Of a DNA stretch of 64,000 bases, positions 27,208-39,325 are shown in pieces (position 1 is the first letter of the stretch; every line of letters begins with the position of its first letter). The stretch is from Eledone cirrhosa (Eukaryota). A program made the position numbers and the translations under genes. Under the pieces are notes generated by a model. That model saw only the letters and a list, made by a program, of their open reading frames with translations. It did no database searches and was not told where the DNA came from. The stretch is taken from contig OZ024750.1 in assembly GCA_964016885.1 (NCBI GenBank), positions 40,238,001 to 40,302,000 of the forward strand. Direction: 5' to 3'.

Positions 27208-29227
27208 TTGTCTCTCTCCCTCCCTTCTTTAAATGTGTCTCTCTCCCTCCCTTCTCTTTCGCAAGTGACGAAAGAAAAGAAAAGTCTCGTGCAAAGCGTG
27301 CAAGGTTTCTCCACGACGACGACGACAGCGACGAAACAGGTGTGCGGGAAATACGAAAACCCAGTTCATTCGTCTGACGTCAGGAATAATAGCAGTAGCA
27401 GCCGTAATAACAACAGCAACAGTGACAATGAAAACAACAGTAGCAGCCGCAACAGCATCACCAGCAGCATAAAAAACAACAGCATTAGCAGCAGCAACAC
27501 CAACAACAACCACAGCAACAGCGGCGGAGGCAGTAGTCGTAGTACCTGCAGCAACAACAAAAGTACCAGCAGCTCTGACGACAACAACAACAACAGCAGA
27601 GAAAAACCAATCTCATTTGCAGGTATTGCGAAAAACTTGGAAACAATCCTCATAACAAATGAGGAATTAGAGGAAGCGAAGAAGATGGTGACAAAGAACG
27701 GACACCGAGCAATCTGCAAGGCAGCGGAAAAATTTTTCGAAACCCAAGAGCACTGTACGGTCACGTACCGTACAGTAAGTACAAAATCCCGTAGGGTGGA
27801 AAGAGCCACAGAGGCCCAAATACAAAAAGCCTTGGGGTCTGTGTGGCAGCGGAAAACGCACATCACCCGAGGCAAAAAATATGCCACCGTAGACGTACTT
27901 TTTGCCACACCCCAGGAGGCAAAGGCCCAATCAGTAGTGACCCTAAGGAGCGAGGAAATGGTGTTGGTGCCCTCCTACTGCGGGCAAAAAATTGTGAGGG
28001 TCAAACTGACCCACGCCCCCCCCCCCCGGAATGACCCCTTCTTGGCTGGCCGCGTCTGTCCTCGTCGGAATCGAGGACAAAACAACTGTACTGCAAGTAC
28101 AGAAAAAAGTAAGAGAAGATTGGGTCGGCTCCTCCATTGAGATGCTAATCCAAACCAACCAGGAGTGCATCGAAGCTATCCCGGATGTGATAGACTTCGA
28201 TAACGGCACTCAACTGCCCATAAGTGTTGAGGGCAAACGCCCGAAATGCTTTCGCTGTGGATCGAAGACTCACCTCAGGGCCTTCTGCAACGAGAAGACC
28301 CTGAGAAAGGAGAAAACCCCCCTCCTTCCGAATCCGGCTCCACGGCTACCAGCAACAGGACAAGCGGCAACCAGGAACGATAGGCCCGTGGCACCCATAC
28401 CCACTCCACGGAAATCAAAAACAGCAGCAGCAGTGGAAATATTAACAACAACAACAGCAATACCAAATGCAGCTGCAACAGAGACTCCAGTGCAAACATC
28501 ACCAACAACAACAAGTGAAAGAGTGGAGCTGGTACCCCTCCCCGACCTCACAGAATCAGACATGGAGTGTGAGGTGGGAGAGGGATGGCAAAAGGTCGTA
28601 AGAAGGCACAAACGCAGAAGCAGCGCATCGACGCCTTTGAAAAGGGAGGAAAGAAATGAGAAAAGGGTAAAGTCTACTGCAAAGAGACCCACAGCAGCAA
28701 CAACACCAACACCATCACCACCCACACTAGCACCACCATCACCACCGGCGACAACCCCACCGCCAACAACACCTTCAACACCACCACCACAAGCACCAAC
28801 ATCGCAAACACAACAACAAAACACACACACCCAGCAACAACGACAAGAAAATAGCAGAACCACACCCCACCCCCAGAAAAACAAATGCACGGCAATAAAC
28901 ACACACAACAAGAAACTAATGACTTACATAATTGAACACACAGACATTTCACAACAGGACTACATAATACCAGCACCAATCAAAACGCCAACTAACATAA
29001 GACTGCTAAAAATAGCACAGAAACAATACACAAACATTAAAACGAAATTCCCCAACGCAGTTGGTGATTTCAGGGACCTAGGAGGAACCACCAATCGAAG
29101 AGTATATTCAGACATTCTCTTAGAAGAGCCGACGACCAGCCGAAGGGACGATTCAACGGTCCCTTCACCAGACGATCAAGTGAAAAGGGATGTAAAAACC
29201 ATCCCTCCTCTACCAAAAGTACGGTAA
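27208..29227 (+). pseudogene. ORF1 of copy A2, frameshifted in a C homopolymer at about 28016-28027
   Basis: A1 reads cac gtc ccc ccc gga; A2 has g followed by 12 C (+4 nt). The track splits it into 27208-28140 and 28031-29227. This could be a real slippage or a homopolymer sequencing error. Confidence 0.8.
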
Positions 29228-29262
29228 GTGGTCTTTCCCATCTTTTCCACTCTATTTTAAAC

Positions 29263-32200
29263 ATGACCTCACTCAGAATAGGCAGCATAAATGCGCGTGG
29301 CTTGGGGTCGTCATGGAAGCAGGGTCACCTGCTCAACGACCTCAGGTCACTAAACATAGATGTAGTGGCCATCAGCGAGACCAGAATCTCCGAAGCACGG
29401 GCCTTCGCACCGATCTTCGGCGGCTACGATGTGTACGCATCTCCCAGCCGTCCTGGATCGGGTGGAGGAGTTGCTGTGCTTTTTCGGAGAGGTTTGGATC
29501 TCGCCATACGGGCCATCTTCCTGGACCCAGAGGGTAAGCTGGTGGTGCTGGACGTGACCAGCGGAGACGGGCAAGCTTTCAGGCTAGTGGCCGTCTATGC
29601 CCCGACAGGAGCAGGGCGGCCTGATTTCTTCCGGCGTCTGGAGACCTTTCTTGGAACGTCCCGCTCTTTAGTGTTAGTGGGCGACTGGAACGGGATCTTA
29701 GATGCACGCTGGGACTGTGTGGGATTAGCGGATAGGGGTGGAGGGTGCAAGAGCCTCACCAACCTGCTCAGGCGTTTTGAACTGTCTGACAGGTACCGAT
29801 TGGATTTCCCGAATGTGCCAATGTGGACTTGGACAAACCGCATAGGGTCATCCAGATCATATCTAGATAGAGTATTTTGTAGGGAAATAGATAGGTCTAG
29901 CATAGGCTGTCCACAATTCAAGATAGTCAGCTACACGGACCACAAATTCGTGACCTGTGTGCTTGACTTAGATAGGCTTCATAGACGAGGACCCGGCTAC
30001 TGGAAGCTAAACGCGTCCTTACCAGCGCGCAAGGCCTACAGAGACCGGATTAGCGAACTAGTTAAGCGGGCGTTGACGGGGGCCATCGTCAACAACAAGT
30101 GGTGGTTTGCTCTGAAAAGAGCGATTAGAATAGAATCGATTAGGTTTAGTAAGGCTTTAGCAATAGAGAAAAATAGAGCAGAGGGAGAACTAGTTAGAAA
30201 ATTAGACGAGGCGCTTAGCAAAGGCATTGCGACCGACGTGCTTGCGGCGAAATTGGCCCTTGACCAATTCTTCAATGCAAAGCACGAAGGCTGCGTTGTC
30301 AGAGCTAGGGTGCGTGCTCTCAGACACGAGGGGACGAAAGCCGTTCAATGGGCCCGAGTGGCGGAGGCGCGTCGTGGCAACAAAGCCACGATCCGGTCTT
30401 TGGTGGACCACGACGGGCGCATGCTACTCGATCCCGGGCAAATGTGTGAAGCTTTTCAGCGACACTTCGCTCAGCTGTTCGGGGGCAGCGGGGGGCCGGG
30501 TAGAGGGATGGACTTTAGTGTCTACCTCGACGGACTGCCGCGGCTCTCGGCCACTGAGGCGAAGTGTTGCGAAAAGCCGATAACAGCCGCTGAAGTAAGG
30601 GAGGCAATGACTGGCTGCACAAGGGGTAAATCGCCTGGTTTGGATGGTCTGCCCTATGAACTTTACGTACAGATGCCAGACTTGTTCGGAGGCCTCTTGG
30701 CGGACGTCTACTGCAACTGGCAACAGAACGGGAGAATTCCCAGTTCTGTGAGCCGAGGAGCGGTGGCACTGCTGAGAAAGGATCCGAACAAGGGGGATAA
30801 CATAGAAAATTTCCGGCCCATAACTCTGCTAAACACAGAGTTTAAGATTTTAGCCAAGGTGCTAGCAAAGAGGTTGGCGCTTGTCGTTGGTGGTCTGGTG
30901 GGAGAGGCGCAGACATGCGCCATTCCCGACAGATCCATCCACGACAACCTCCACCTCATGCGATACATCGTAGAGAGGGTAGCTAGGGAACCTGGCACGG
31001 GTGGGTCCTTGATCAATTTAGATCAGTCGAAAGCTTTCGATAGGGTCGACCATCGTTACCTAGCGGCAGTCCTGAGGGCGGCTGGCTTTGGGCCCGTCTT
31101 CAGAGGCTGGATCGCTGCCATGCACAGCGACATCTGCTCTGTGGTGAGAGTGAACGGTCACCTGTCGGAACCGTTCAACATCATGCGCTCGGTCCGCCAA
31201 GGATGTCCCCTCTCGTCCCTCTTGTACGTATTGACTCTCGAGCCATTACTGCACAAACTGGAGACGTTGAGGGGGGTCCCGCGCGAACTAGGATGCGGAA
31301 GATCCGTATCAGCATATGCGGACGATGTCACCGTAGTGGTGTCGAACGCCAAACACATCGAGGCGATCGGCACTACACTAAGAGAATACGAAGCGGTGAC
31401 AGGAGCAATGATCAACCAGGAAAAGTCAGTGGGCCTGCAGCTCGGCACCTGGAGAGGCAGGTCCATGCCGTCCAACAGCGTCGTCGGACGCTGGACGGAC
31501 GGACCGGTTAAATTGCTAGGGGTCTGGTTCGGTCCGGACCTCCAGACGGACAAAAACTGGGACGAGGTGACGAGCAGGGTGGCTTCTCTCACCCAGAAAT
31601 GGGCCGAGAGGAAGCTATCCCTGAAAGGTCGAGCGGAGGTGGCTAACGCGTACATCGCGTCCGTCATCTGCTACCGCCTGACCGTCGTACCTTGTCCTAA
31701 GCCTCGCCTGACTGTGCTGGAGCGTTTGCTCTTTCGCTTTTTGTGGAAGGGACGCGCTCCGATGGTCAGGCGGTCCATCTGTTGTCAACACCCGCTACGT
31801 GGAGGGCTGGGCATGCCGTGGCTGATGATGCGCAGGCACGCGCTCAGGCTACGACATCTCCACCTCTTCCTCGACGGTGATCAGGTGTGGTCGCCGTTTG
31901 CTAGACGCGTGTTTCCCCAGCTCGTTTCCTTGACGGAGCTGCAGTCCTGGGTCAAGCGAAGACCGAGAGGGAGCGCCTGGAGACTGGAATGTCTTCAGGC
32001 GCTCACAGCCCTCGACCAATCGGGCAATGTGATCGGTGGAAACTCCACCTCGGCGTTCTATAGAGGATTAGTGGAGGGGAAGAGCGACGACGTACTTGGG
32101 GAAACTCTAGGCGTCGACGAAAATCAACTAGCCAATCTCTTCGGAAGAACTTTCGGGCCGGGGCCTATGGACAACTTCCAGAAATCTCTGGCCTGGCAGT

Positions 32201-32682
32201 GCTACCGAGGAGCCTTGCCAGTTCGGGATAAACTCTACAGGCATGGAGGTGCCGTCAGCCGGGCATGTCCGAGATGCGCGCAGGGCGACGAAACCGTCCT
32301 GCACGCACTCGTCCAGTGTCCGAAAATTGCTGACTTGTGGGTTTATGTCGAACACCTGCTGTCGCGTTTAGGACGGATCCGGCTATCATCTGAGTCCATC
32401 GTGAGGATTGCCCCGCCCTCCTCCTTTAGCCGGGAAGGGCAGGCAGTTTTTATCTGCCTGGTGGCCATGGCGAAAGAGATAGTATGGTGGACACGTTTGA
32501 AAGGGCTGAAGACGAGCACTTACCTCTTCGGTGATGCTCTGATTGACTTTTTCAAATTTCATTTGAAAAGGAAAATCAGAGTAGAGAGGGAAGTGCTCTC
32601 TTTCCAGCATTTTGTTGAAAGATGGGTGAGAGAAGCAAGAATGGCCCGAGCGAATGGGCCTACTCTGAGCATATATCTGTAA
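29263..32682 (+). CDS. LINE ORF2 (APE-RT-CCHC) of copy A2
   Basis: 1139 aa, differing from A1 ORF2 by only a few substitutions; all motifs intact. Confidence 0.97.
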   Translation: MTSLRIGSINARGLGSSWKQGHLLNDLRSLNIDVVAISETRISEARAFAPIFGGYDVYASPSRPGSGGGVAVLFRRGLDLAIRAIFLDPEGKLVVLDVTSGDGQAFRLVAVYAPTGAGRPDFFRRLETFLGTSRSLVLVGDWNGILDARWDCVGLADRGGGCKSLTNLLRRFELSDRYRLDFPNVPMWTWTNRIGSSRSYLDRVFCREIDRSSIGCPQFKIVSYTDHKFVTCVLDLDRLHRRGPGYWKLNASLPARKAYRDRISELVKRALTGAIVNNKWWFALKRAIRIESIRFSKALAIEKNRAEGELVRKLDEALSKGIATDVLAAKLALDQFFNAKHEGCVVRARVRALRHEGTKAVQWARVAEARRGNKATIRSLVDHDGRMLLDPGQMCEAFQRHFAQLFGGSGGPGRGMDFSVYLDGLPRLSATEAKCCEKPITAAEVREAMTGCTRGKSPGLDGLPYELYVQMPDLFGGLLADVYCNWQQNGRIPSSVSRGAVALLRKDPNKGDNIENFRPITLLNTEFKILAKVLAKRLALVVGGLVGEAQTCAIPDRSIHDNLHLMRYIVERVAREPGTGGSLINLDQSKAFDRVDHRYLAAVLRAAGFGPVFRGWIAAMHSDICSVVRVNGHLSEPFNIMRSVRQGCPLSSLLYVLTLEPLLHKLETLRGVPRELGCGRSVSAYADDVTVVVSNAKHIEAIGTTLREYEAVTGAMINQEKSVGLQLGTWRGRSMPSNSVVGRWTDGPVKLLGVWFGPDLQTDKNWDEVTSRVASLTQKWAERKLSLKGRAEVANAYIASVICYRLTVVPCPKPRLTVLERLLFRFLWKGRAPMVRRSICCQHPLRGGLGMPWLMMRRHALRLRHLHLFLDGDQVWSPFARRVFPQLVSLTELQSWVKRRPRGSAWRLECLQALTALDQSGNVIGGNSTSAFYRGLVEGKSDDVLGETLGVDENQLANLFGRTFGPGPMDNFQKSLAWQCYRGALPVRDKLYRHGGAVSRACPRCAQGDETVLHALVQCPKIADLWVYVEHLLSRLGRIRLSSESIVRIAPPSSFSREGQAVFICLVAMAKEIVWWTRLKGLKTSTYLFGDALIDFFKFHLKRKIRVEREVLSFQHFVERWVREARMARANGPTLSIYL

Positions 32683-32943
32683 ATTAAAGGTGGAAAACTG
32701 GGAGAGGGCACTTGCCTTGGTGGTCAGGGTCATTGTGGCTTTTTACTGGGCTTTCTCCACAAATGTCCCTCCGAAGTCTCCCCCCCTATTGGGGAATTTT
32801 TCATTGTTTTTTTCATTGTTATTTTTGTTACATCCTCTGTTTTTGTTTTTTTACACGCAGAAATACCCATTTGTACCGTCCTGCATTGTCGTGCACTGTC
32901 CTTAATGTCTACTTTATGTAAACCCTTGTGGTTAATAAAGAAA

Positions 32944-32978
<35 letters not shown>

Positions 32979-33156
32979 GGATTGGCAGTATCGGTAGAGG
33001 GTCGGACGCCATGCTTTCCAGCATAGTTACGTCCCTTTACGATCTGAGTTCAAATCCCGCCGAGGTTGACTTTGCCTTTCATCCTTACGGGGTCGATAAA
33101 ATAAAGTACCAGTAATGCACTGGGTAATTGCTGGCCTTGTGCCTAAAGTAGAAACA

Positions 33157-33183
<27 letters not shown>
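32979..33183 (+). mobile_element. S1 SINE flanked by (ATT)n on both sides, directly after LINE A2
   Basis: ggattggcagtatcgg...gtagaaaca followed by (att)n; preceded by (ATT)11. Confidence 0.88.
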
Positions 33184-33200
<17 letters not shown>

Positions 33201-34233
33201 TATGTCTTTGGAGTGTCTAAAGATTCAACCATTATTGTTGTTTAATCCTAGGTTAGCTCTCAGCTTGCCGGACTATGATCAAAGACTTTCCAGCCTTGAC
33301 CACCCCTTTTTGTTTCAGATATAGTAGACTAAGACCCACATCCTCCAATGTATCCTTCCCAGCATTTAGATCTGTTGGGAGTATTTTGAGGGAGATTTGG
33401 TTAATATCTCCAGAGACCCCTAGAGAAAATTTCAGGTCTCCGAGGTTGGCTCAGCTCCTCTCACATTTGAGGGAGGTGGAGAGGACTTTTAGATGTTAGA
33501 TATTCACGAGCCCTTTCTTACTCTACAGACCCTTACCAATGTAGCAGCTGATCTATAGGTCCCGCATAACTATGAGAAGTTAAGTTCCAACTGCCAAGAG
33601 TACAGATGTTAACATGTCATATATAAAAACTAGCGTTGTTTTAAGCTAGAAGGTCCCTAACTTTGATGCTTTGTCAGCACCGTGTGTACTTAAATTAATA
33701 TTCGGTTGCTAATGTTAAGTGTGGGTGGTTTCTAGTAGGGATACGAGAAAATAGTTTTGACATTTTATGACTGCAGCTAAATAGCTTCAGTAAATGAGGG
33801 CAGTTTGGCAAATTATAATTATTTCTATTAATTAGAGGTGTTTAATAAGCAAACCATAATTGAAGAAATCGGTGTTATTTTGAGGGGGTTGGGGAGACAG
33901 TAAATGTTTTTAATTTAAGAGGATGTGAAAGAACGGAAACGAAAGAAAAAACAGCACATTCAATTCAGAGGATGACAATCAGAATAATCTCCCATTTGTT
34001 CTGTGCTTGGAGGAATAGTTAGAAGGGTTTACACCTTACATGTTCATTATTTTTCCCTTAATGTATTGTAAACTTGTGTTATTGTTACGATGCGTAGAGT
34101 CGGGCCCGATCGATAGAGATCGAAGCTTGAGCTGATCAATCGTAAACGCGCCTCCCTCATCAAACAAAGCCCCCTCTCCAAACAGGGCCGCCTCTTCTCT
34201 CTTTCCTTCTCTCTTTCGCTTTTCCTGCTTATG

Positions 34234-34298
<65 letters not shown>

Positions 34299-35113
34299 CT
34301 GTGTGTGTGTGTGTGTGTGTTTATATCTATATTATATCTGTATTTTTTACCGTTGGTCAGTCAATGGTAAACACTGAGGACCGAATGAATTAACTGTGGA
34401 GATATAAAAGATACAGAAGCGAAAACCAACCAAACAGTGAGTGTGTTCTGTTATTATTTCTGGCAACATTATTACAACAATATGACCCTCCCCATATATA
34501 TATATATGGGGAGGGTCATATTGTTCGTTTTCGAGTACGGCTACTACTTTATATCCATGTAGGAGAACCCCTACCGATGCGCTGAACGAGTGTAACTTTT
34601 TAGTCCAGCCAGCGACTTGAAAACTCTGGTACAAACACTACACTTGTGACAATTATTGACACACAGTGCTGGGCCCATGGTACCATGTGACGACAAGTGC
34701 AGAGAGATCTCCAGATATAAAGCAATGCCTGTGCCGTGAAGCTTTTATAGTGAGCAAAGGCACTGCACAAAGCCGTCCCACTCTCTTAACCAAGATGATA
34801 TTTACCAAAAAGAAGAACAAGTCAACATCATTGGATAGCATCAGAGTTGCAGGTGTTATATCAGAGCTTTCCTTCTCCTAGAATTCTGCCTTGACAAAGG
34901 CTAAGGGGTGATCTCTCCCGGTGATTTTGGATGGTCATTTACTCTTAAGAGCTCCTTTGCCCTTTGACAGGTTTTGTTTTTAGTCCTGCAGGATGTCAAA
35001 AGTCACCCTCCTCACCAAGAAACCTTGGAAGGGTTGTCAGTTTAGTCGCCAACGACCCGACCATGAGACAGGTTGTACTGGGATACATGTTACCAGTAGC
35101 ACCAACTGGTGAC

Positions 35114-35173
<60 letters not shown>

Positions 35174-35335
35174 AGAACAAAAGATGGTTAAAAGAGTTCC
35201 ATGTATTTTATTATGCGCATTTCAAAAACAAATATCATCATGCAATAATATTTGTGTTTTCATCAGATAAAATGAAATGTTGATTTAAAACTGCACTATC
35301 CACAAGTGTTTTTTAACCTTCATATCATGTCTTCC

Positions 35336-35406
35336 TATTTTATCTGATGAACACACAAATATTATTGCATGATGATATTTATTTTTGAAATGCGCATAAT
35401 AAAATA
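35336..35406 (+). ncRNA. Hammerhead ribozyme (family H5), paired with inverted copy 35204-35273
   Basis: tattttat-CTGATGA-acac...-GAAA-tgcgca-TA-ataaaata. Confidence 0.75.
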
Positions 35407-35550
35407 CATGGAACTCTTTTAACCATCTTTTGTTCTTATATATTATGTATACTCCAGTCCTACAAACTGTAGAGTGCTTCTTATCCGATATCTACATTGC
35501 TTTATTGTACTACAATAAAACTCACCTCCTACATATATATATATATATAT

Positions 35551-35662
35551 CTAAGGCGGGTAAAATTCCCGAGATCCATGGACGAGCTCTCTCCAGCGGT
35601 CTCTGTCCCTCATTATCGCTGCCATATCCTGCATCTCCAACAGACCAGTGTCTGTCCTTAGG
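35551..35662 (-). mobile_element. Very short 3' end of the same RTE family
   Basis: Near-identical to 40693-40803 and to the reverse complement of 18605-18702. Confidence 0.75.
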
Positions 35663-35811
35663 CCCCCTAGTATAACAACATATATATATACATATATATA
35701 TATATAGATATATGTATATATACATATATACATATATATATATATGTATATATATATGTGTGTGTGTATGTATATATATGTGCGTGTGCATATATACATT
35801 TGTGTGTGTGC

Positions 35812-35843
<32 letters not shown>

Positions 35844-36545
35844 GTTGTTATACTAGGGGGCCCATCAAACCTGATCTGCCCCAGGCGTCCTCCCACCAAG
35901 GTCTTAATCTGGTCATGACGATAACATATATTTAAATATTTCAGATTTCTTCATTTGTATAAGGAAATATTCACTCTGAATTTCTGGCATTCTTTAAGAA
36001 GTTTTCTCACTGAGATTTTATGGACATTTTTGGATAAATGGTTGACATTCTCCAAATTCTAACGTACACAACATTTTGTTGTAAACATAGTTTAACTGAG
36101 GTCCTCTAAATTGTTTGAATCTGTTAACACTGGTGATCTGGTGATCTAATTCACAAGAGTTTAGCTTTAAAAAATACGTCTATGTAATTATTGGTAATAG
36201 TTTATCATTTTTGTTTGTAAATCCGCGAGGTTAATGATTTAACATCCGTGTTAAAGTAATAAATTAATCGTGGCTAAATTCTTTCGTAGATACTTTGAAC
36301 TTTTTCTTCATTTGATTTCTTAAAGTGTCACTAAGAAATTATTTTTTAATAAATAAAATAAAATAAAATAAAACATTAATTCAATAGATACAACATCAAG
36401 ACAATTTTAAATTGTTGACATAATTTGTAATGGACGTATATCTTATTATAAATAAAGGACATGTGTTTGGAACATGGTGAACGAAGTTTTAGAATTGAAA
36501 TAGAATCAGAAGTGTCGCCATAACATTGACTACATAATATAGTCT

Positions 36546-36712
36546 AATAATTTTTTCTACTTTTGGCACAAGGCCAGCAATTACTGGTACTTTATTTTAT
36601 CGACCCTGTAAGGATGAAAGGCAAAGTTAACCTCGGCGAGATTTGAACTCAGATCGTAAAGGGACGTAACTTCGCTGGAAAGCATGTCCGACCTTTCTAC
36701 CAATACTGCCAA
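36546..36712 (-). mobile_element. S1 SINE
   Basis: Reverse complement of the S1 consensus with a small internal deletion. Confidence 0.8.
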
Positions 36713-36734
36713 TTCTAATAATGAGGCGAATAAC

Positions 36735-37135
36735 ACATCTTCTTCTTTTCATTGCCCACTTATTCCTGAGAGGGTCGTGGGGGCAGGGTCCTCAAACACT
36801 CCTTCTAGTGGGTCCTGTCAAAAGCAACCATCTCCAACTGATCTAGCTGGGTCCCCAAGCGAGACCAGCCAAGCTCATGGATGTTATTATCCAACTATCT
36901 CGCTAGGGGTCTACCACTGGGTCTCCTACCTGTTAGTTTCGCCCGTAAAATCTGTCCAGTGATTCTTTCCTGAGACATTCTAACCACATGCCTATAGTAT
37001 CGGAGCTGTGATCTCTCAATTCAGAGAAGTAGTGGCTTTACCTGGAGCGACTCTCTGATCTCCGACCTATGCACTATATCGAGTAACGTTACTCCAAAGC
37101 CCCTTCGGGGAAAACCCATTTCGGCCGCTTGTATG
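36735..37135 (-). mobile_element. Degraded RTE/Expander-like LINE 3' fragment
   Basis: Minus strand gives AAEMGF...LRIERSQLRYYRHVVRMSQE...GRPVVDP-like remnants with frameshifts. Confidence 0.55.
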
Positions 37136-37917
37136 GGTTGGTCCGAAAACCGAATTGAAGACAGCGAGTTTGGCTTTTACGCCTACCTCCCTGAACGTTA
37201 TAAATATTATAAATATTTATCTGAAATCGTATTTATTTCATTTTATAATTTATTACTCTACTTTCTTGTTCCCGCCCTAATGTAGTGACACACTGCCGTT
37301 CGCAGTATCACGCTTCGTTTAGCTCACTAAGCAGGATCTTGAACTGAGTTATTTTTCTCATTCACGTTCTCTAGTTACCCGCTCCCAAATCTCTAAATTT
37401 ATTGTTATATAATTTTCAAACATCTCCTTCAATTTCAGTTGTCATCGTCTAGAGTATCAATGGACTTCTGACTTACTTGATAACCCATAACTTTCTAAAT
37501 TTGACAACTGTAACTTATATAAGGCGGCAAATTGTCAGAGTCGTTAGAATGTCAGATAGAATGCTTTATGGTATTTGTTCCAGCTCTCTTCTCTCTGAGT
37601 TCAAATCTCGTCGAGGTCAACTTTGCCTTTTTTCCTTTCGAGGTCGATAAAACAAAGTACCAGTTTAATACTGGGGTCGATTCTTCCTCTATACCTCTTT
37701 CTCTCTCTCAGTTTCTATCTTTCTCTGGAAGAAATCTGCTGTCCTCAGGCCTGGAGAGGGATGGGTTTCATCAGGCTTAAAATGTCCAAGAAACGCCGTA
37801 TGTCAATACGACGCCCCTACCACTCTATCAGGAACATAACTTATGTAATACAATCCCTCGGAAGCGCTATCAATCTACTGCTCTATTTAAGGCTGCCTGC
37901 TTTATGAGCCGTGCGAG

Positions 37918-38678
37918 AATACTATATTTTAATAATACTATATTTTAATAATACTATATTTTAATAGTATGTTTTAATAATACTATATTTTAATAATACT
38001 ATATTTTAATAATACTATATTTTAATACTATGTTTTAATAATACTATATTTTAATAATACTATATTTTAATAATACTATATTTTAATACTATGTTTTAAT
38101 AATACTATATTTTAATAATACTATATTTTAATAATACTATATTTTAATACTATGTTTTAATAATACTATATTTTAATAATACTATGTTTTAATACTATAT
38201 TTTAATAATACTATATTTTAATAATACTATATTTTAATAATACTATATTTTAATAATACTATGTTTTAATACTATATTTTAATAATACTATATTTTAATA
38301 ATACTATATTTTAATAATACTATGTTTTAATAATACTATATTTTAATAATACTATATTTTAATAATACTATATTTTAATAATACTATATTTTAATAATAC
38401 TATATTTTAATAATACTATATTTTAATAATACTATGTTTTAATAATACTATATTTTAATAATACTATATTTTAATAATACTATGTTTTAATAATACTATG
38501 TTTTAATAATACTATATTTTAATAATACTATATTTTAATAATACTATATTTTAATAATACTATGTTTTAATAATACTATATTTTAATAATACTATATTTT
38601 AATAATACTATATTTTAATAATACTATGTTTTAATACTATGTTTTAATACTATATTTTAATAATACTATATTTTAATA
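37918..38678. repeat. 16-bp AT-rich tandem repeat (aatactatattttaat) with 13-bp variants
   Basis: Direct reading. Confidence 0.95.
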
Positions 38679-38860
38679 ATTGTTTCTACTTTAGGCACAA
38701 GGCCAGCAATTACCCAGTGCATTACTGGTACTTTATTCTATCGACCCCGTAAGGATGAAAGGCAAAGTCAACCTCGGCGGGATTTGAACTCAGATCGTAA
38801 AGGGACGTAACTATGCTGGAAAGTATGGCGTCCGACCCTCCACCGATACTGCCAATCCAC
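38675..38860 (-). mobile_element. S1 SINE whose tail runs into a 16-bp array
   Basis: Reverse complement of the S1 consensus. Confidence 0.85.
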
Positions 38861-39325
38861 AAGTTTTCATTTTAAAATGTGTTTTATGAATTAGATAAAA
38901 ACCCGCCAGTTCCAGTTCTTCTTTCAAAGTTTATTAAGTTAGAGTTAGAATTATCGCTTACGATCGCTTTTCATACTTTTCACGGTCTCGGGCAAAGCTG
39001 GAAGGACCTTAACCCGGTTTCATGGGCGTTAAACAACTAAGAGTACACGACTTCCCTCTGGAGTGGACACCAGGGGGGAGGTCTGCTGCCGCTGTCGGTA
39101 CTCAGTCAAGACGTGTGGTTTAATATGTTAGGAAGTTAAGCTGACGACCATAAGGTTGTGCTTTCAATTCTCAAACCGGGTGGTACATTGTATCCTTGAG
39201 TAAGGCCCTTTATTTCACGTGGCTCCGATTTAATCAGCTGGAAAAGGTTTGTTTATAAGTTTTATAAGTGTATAGCATAATCTAACAAATACATACTTTT
39301 GTGTGTATATAGCATATTATACATA

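Larger units (their letters stand above)
26909..32945 (+). mobile_element. Full-length Tx1/L1-clade LINE, copy A2 (ORF1 frameshifted, ORF2 intact)
   Basis: Same 5' start and 3' end as A1 with scattered SNPs; followed by (ATT)11. Confidence 0.95.
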
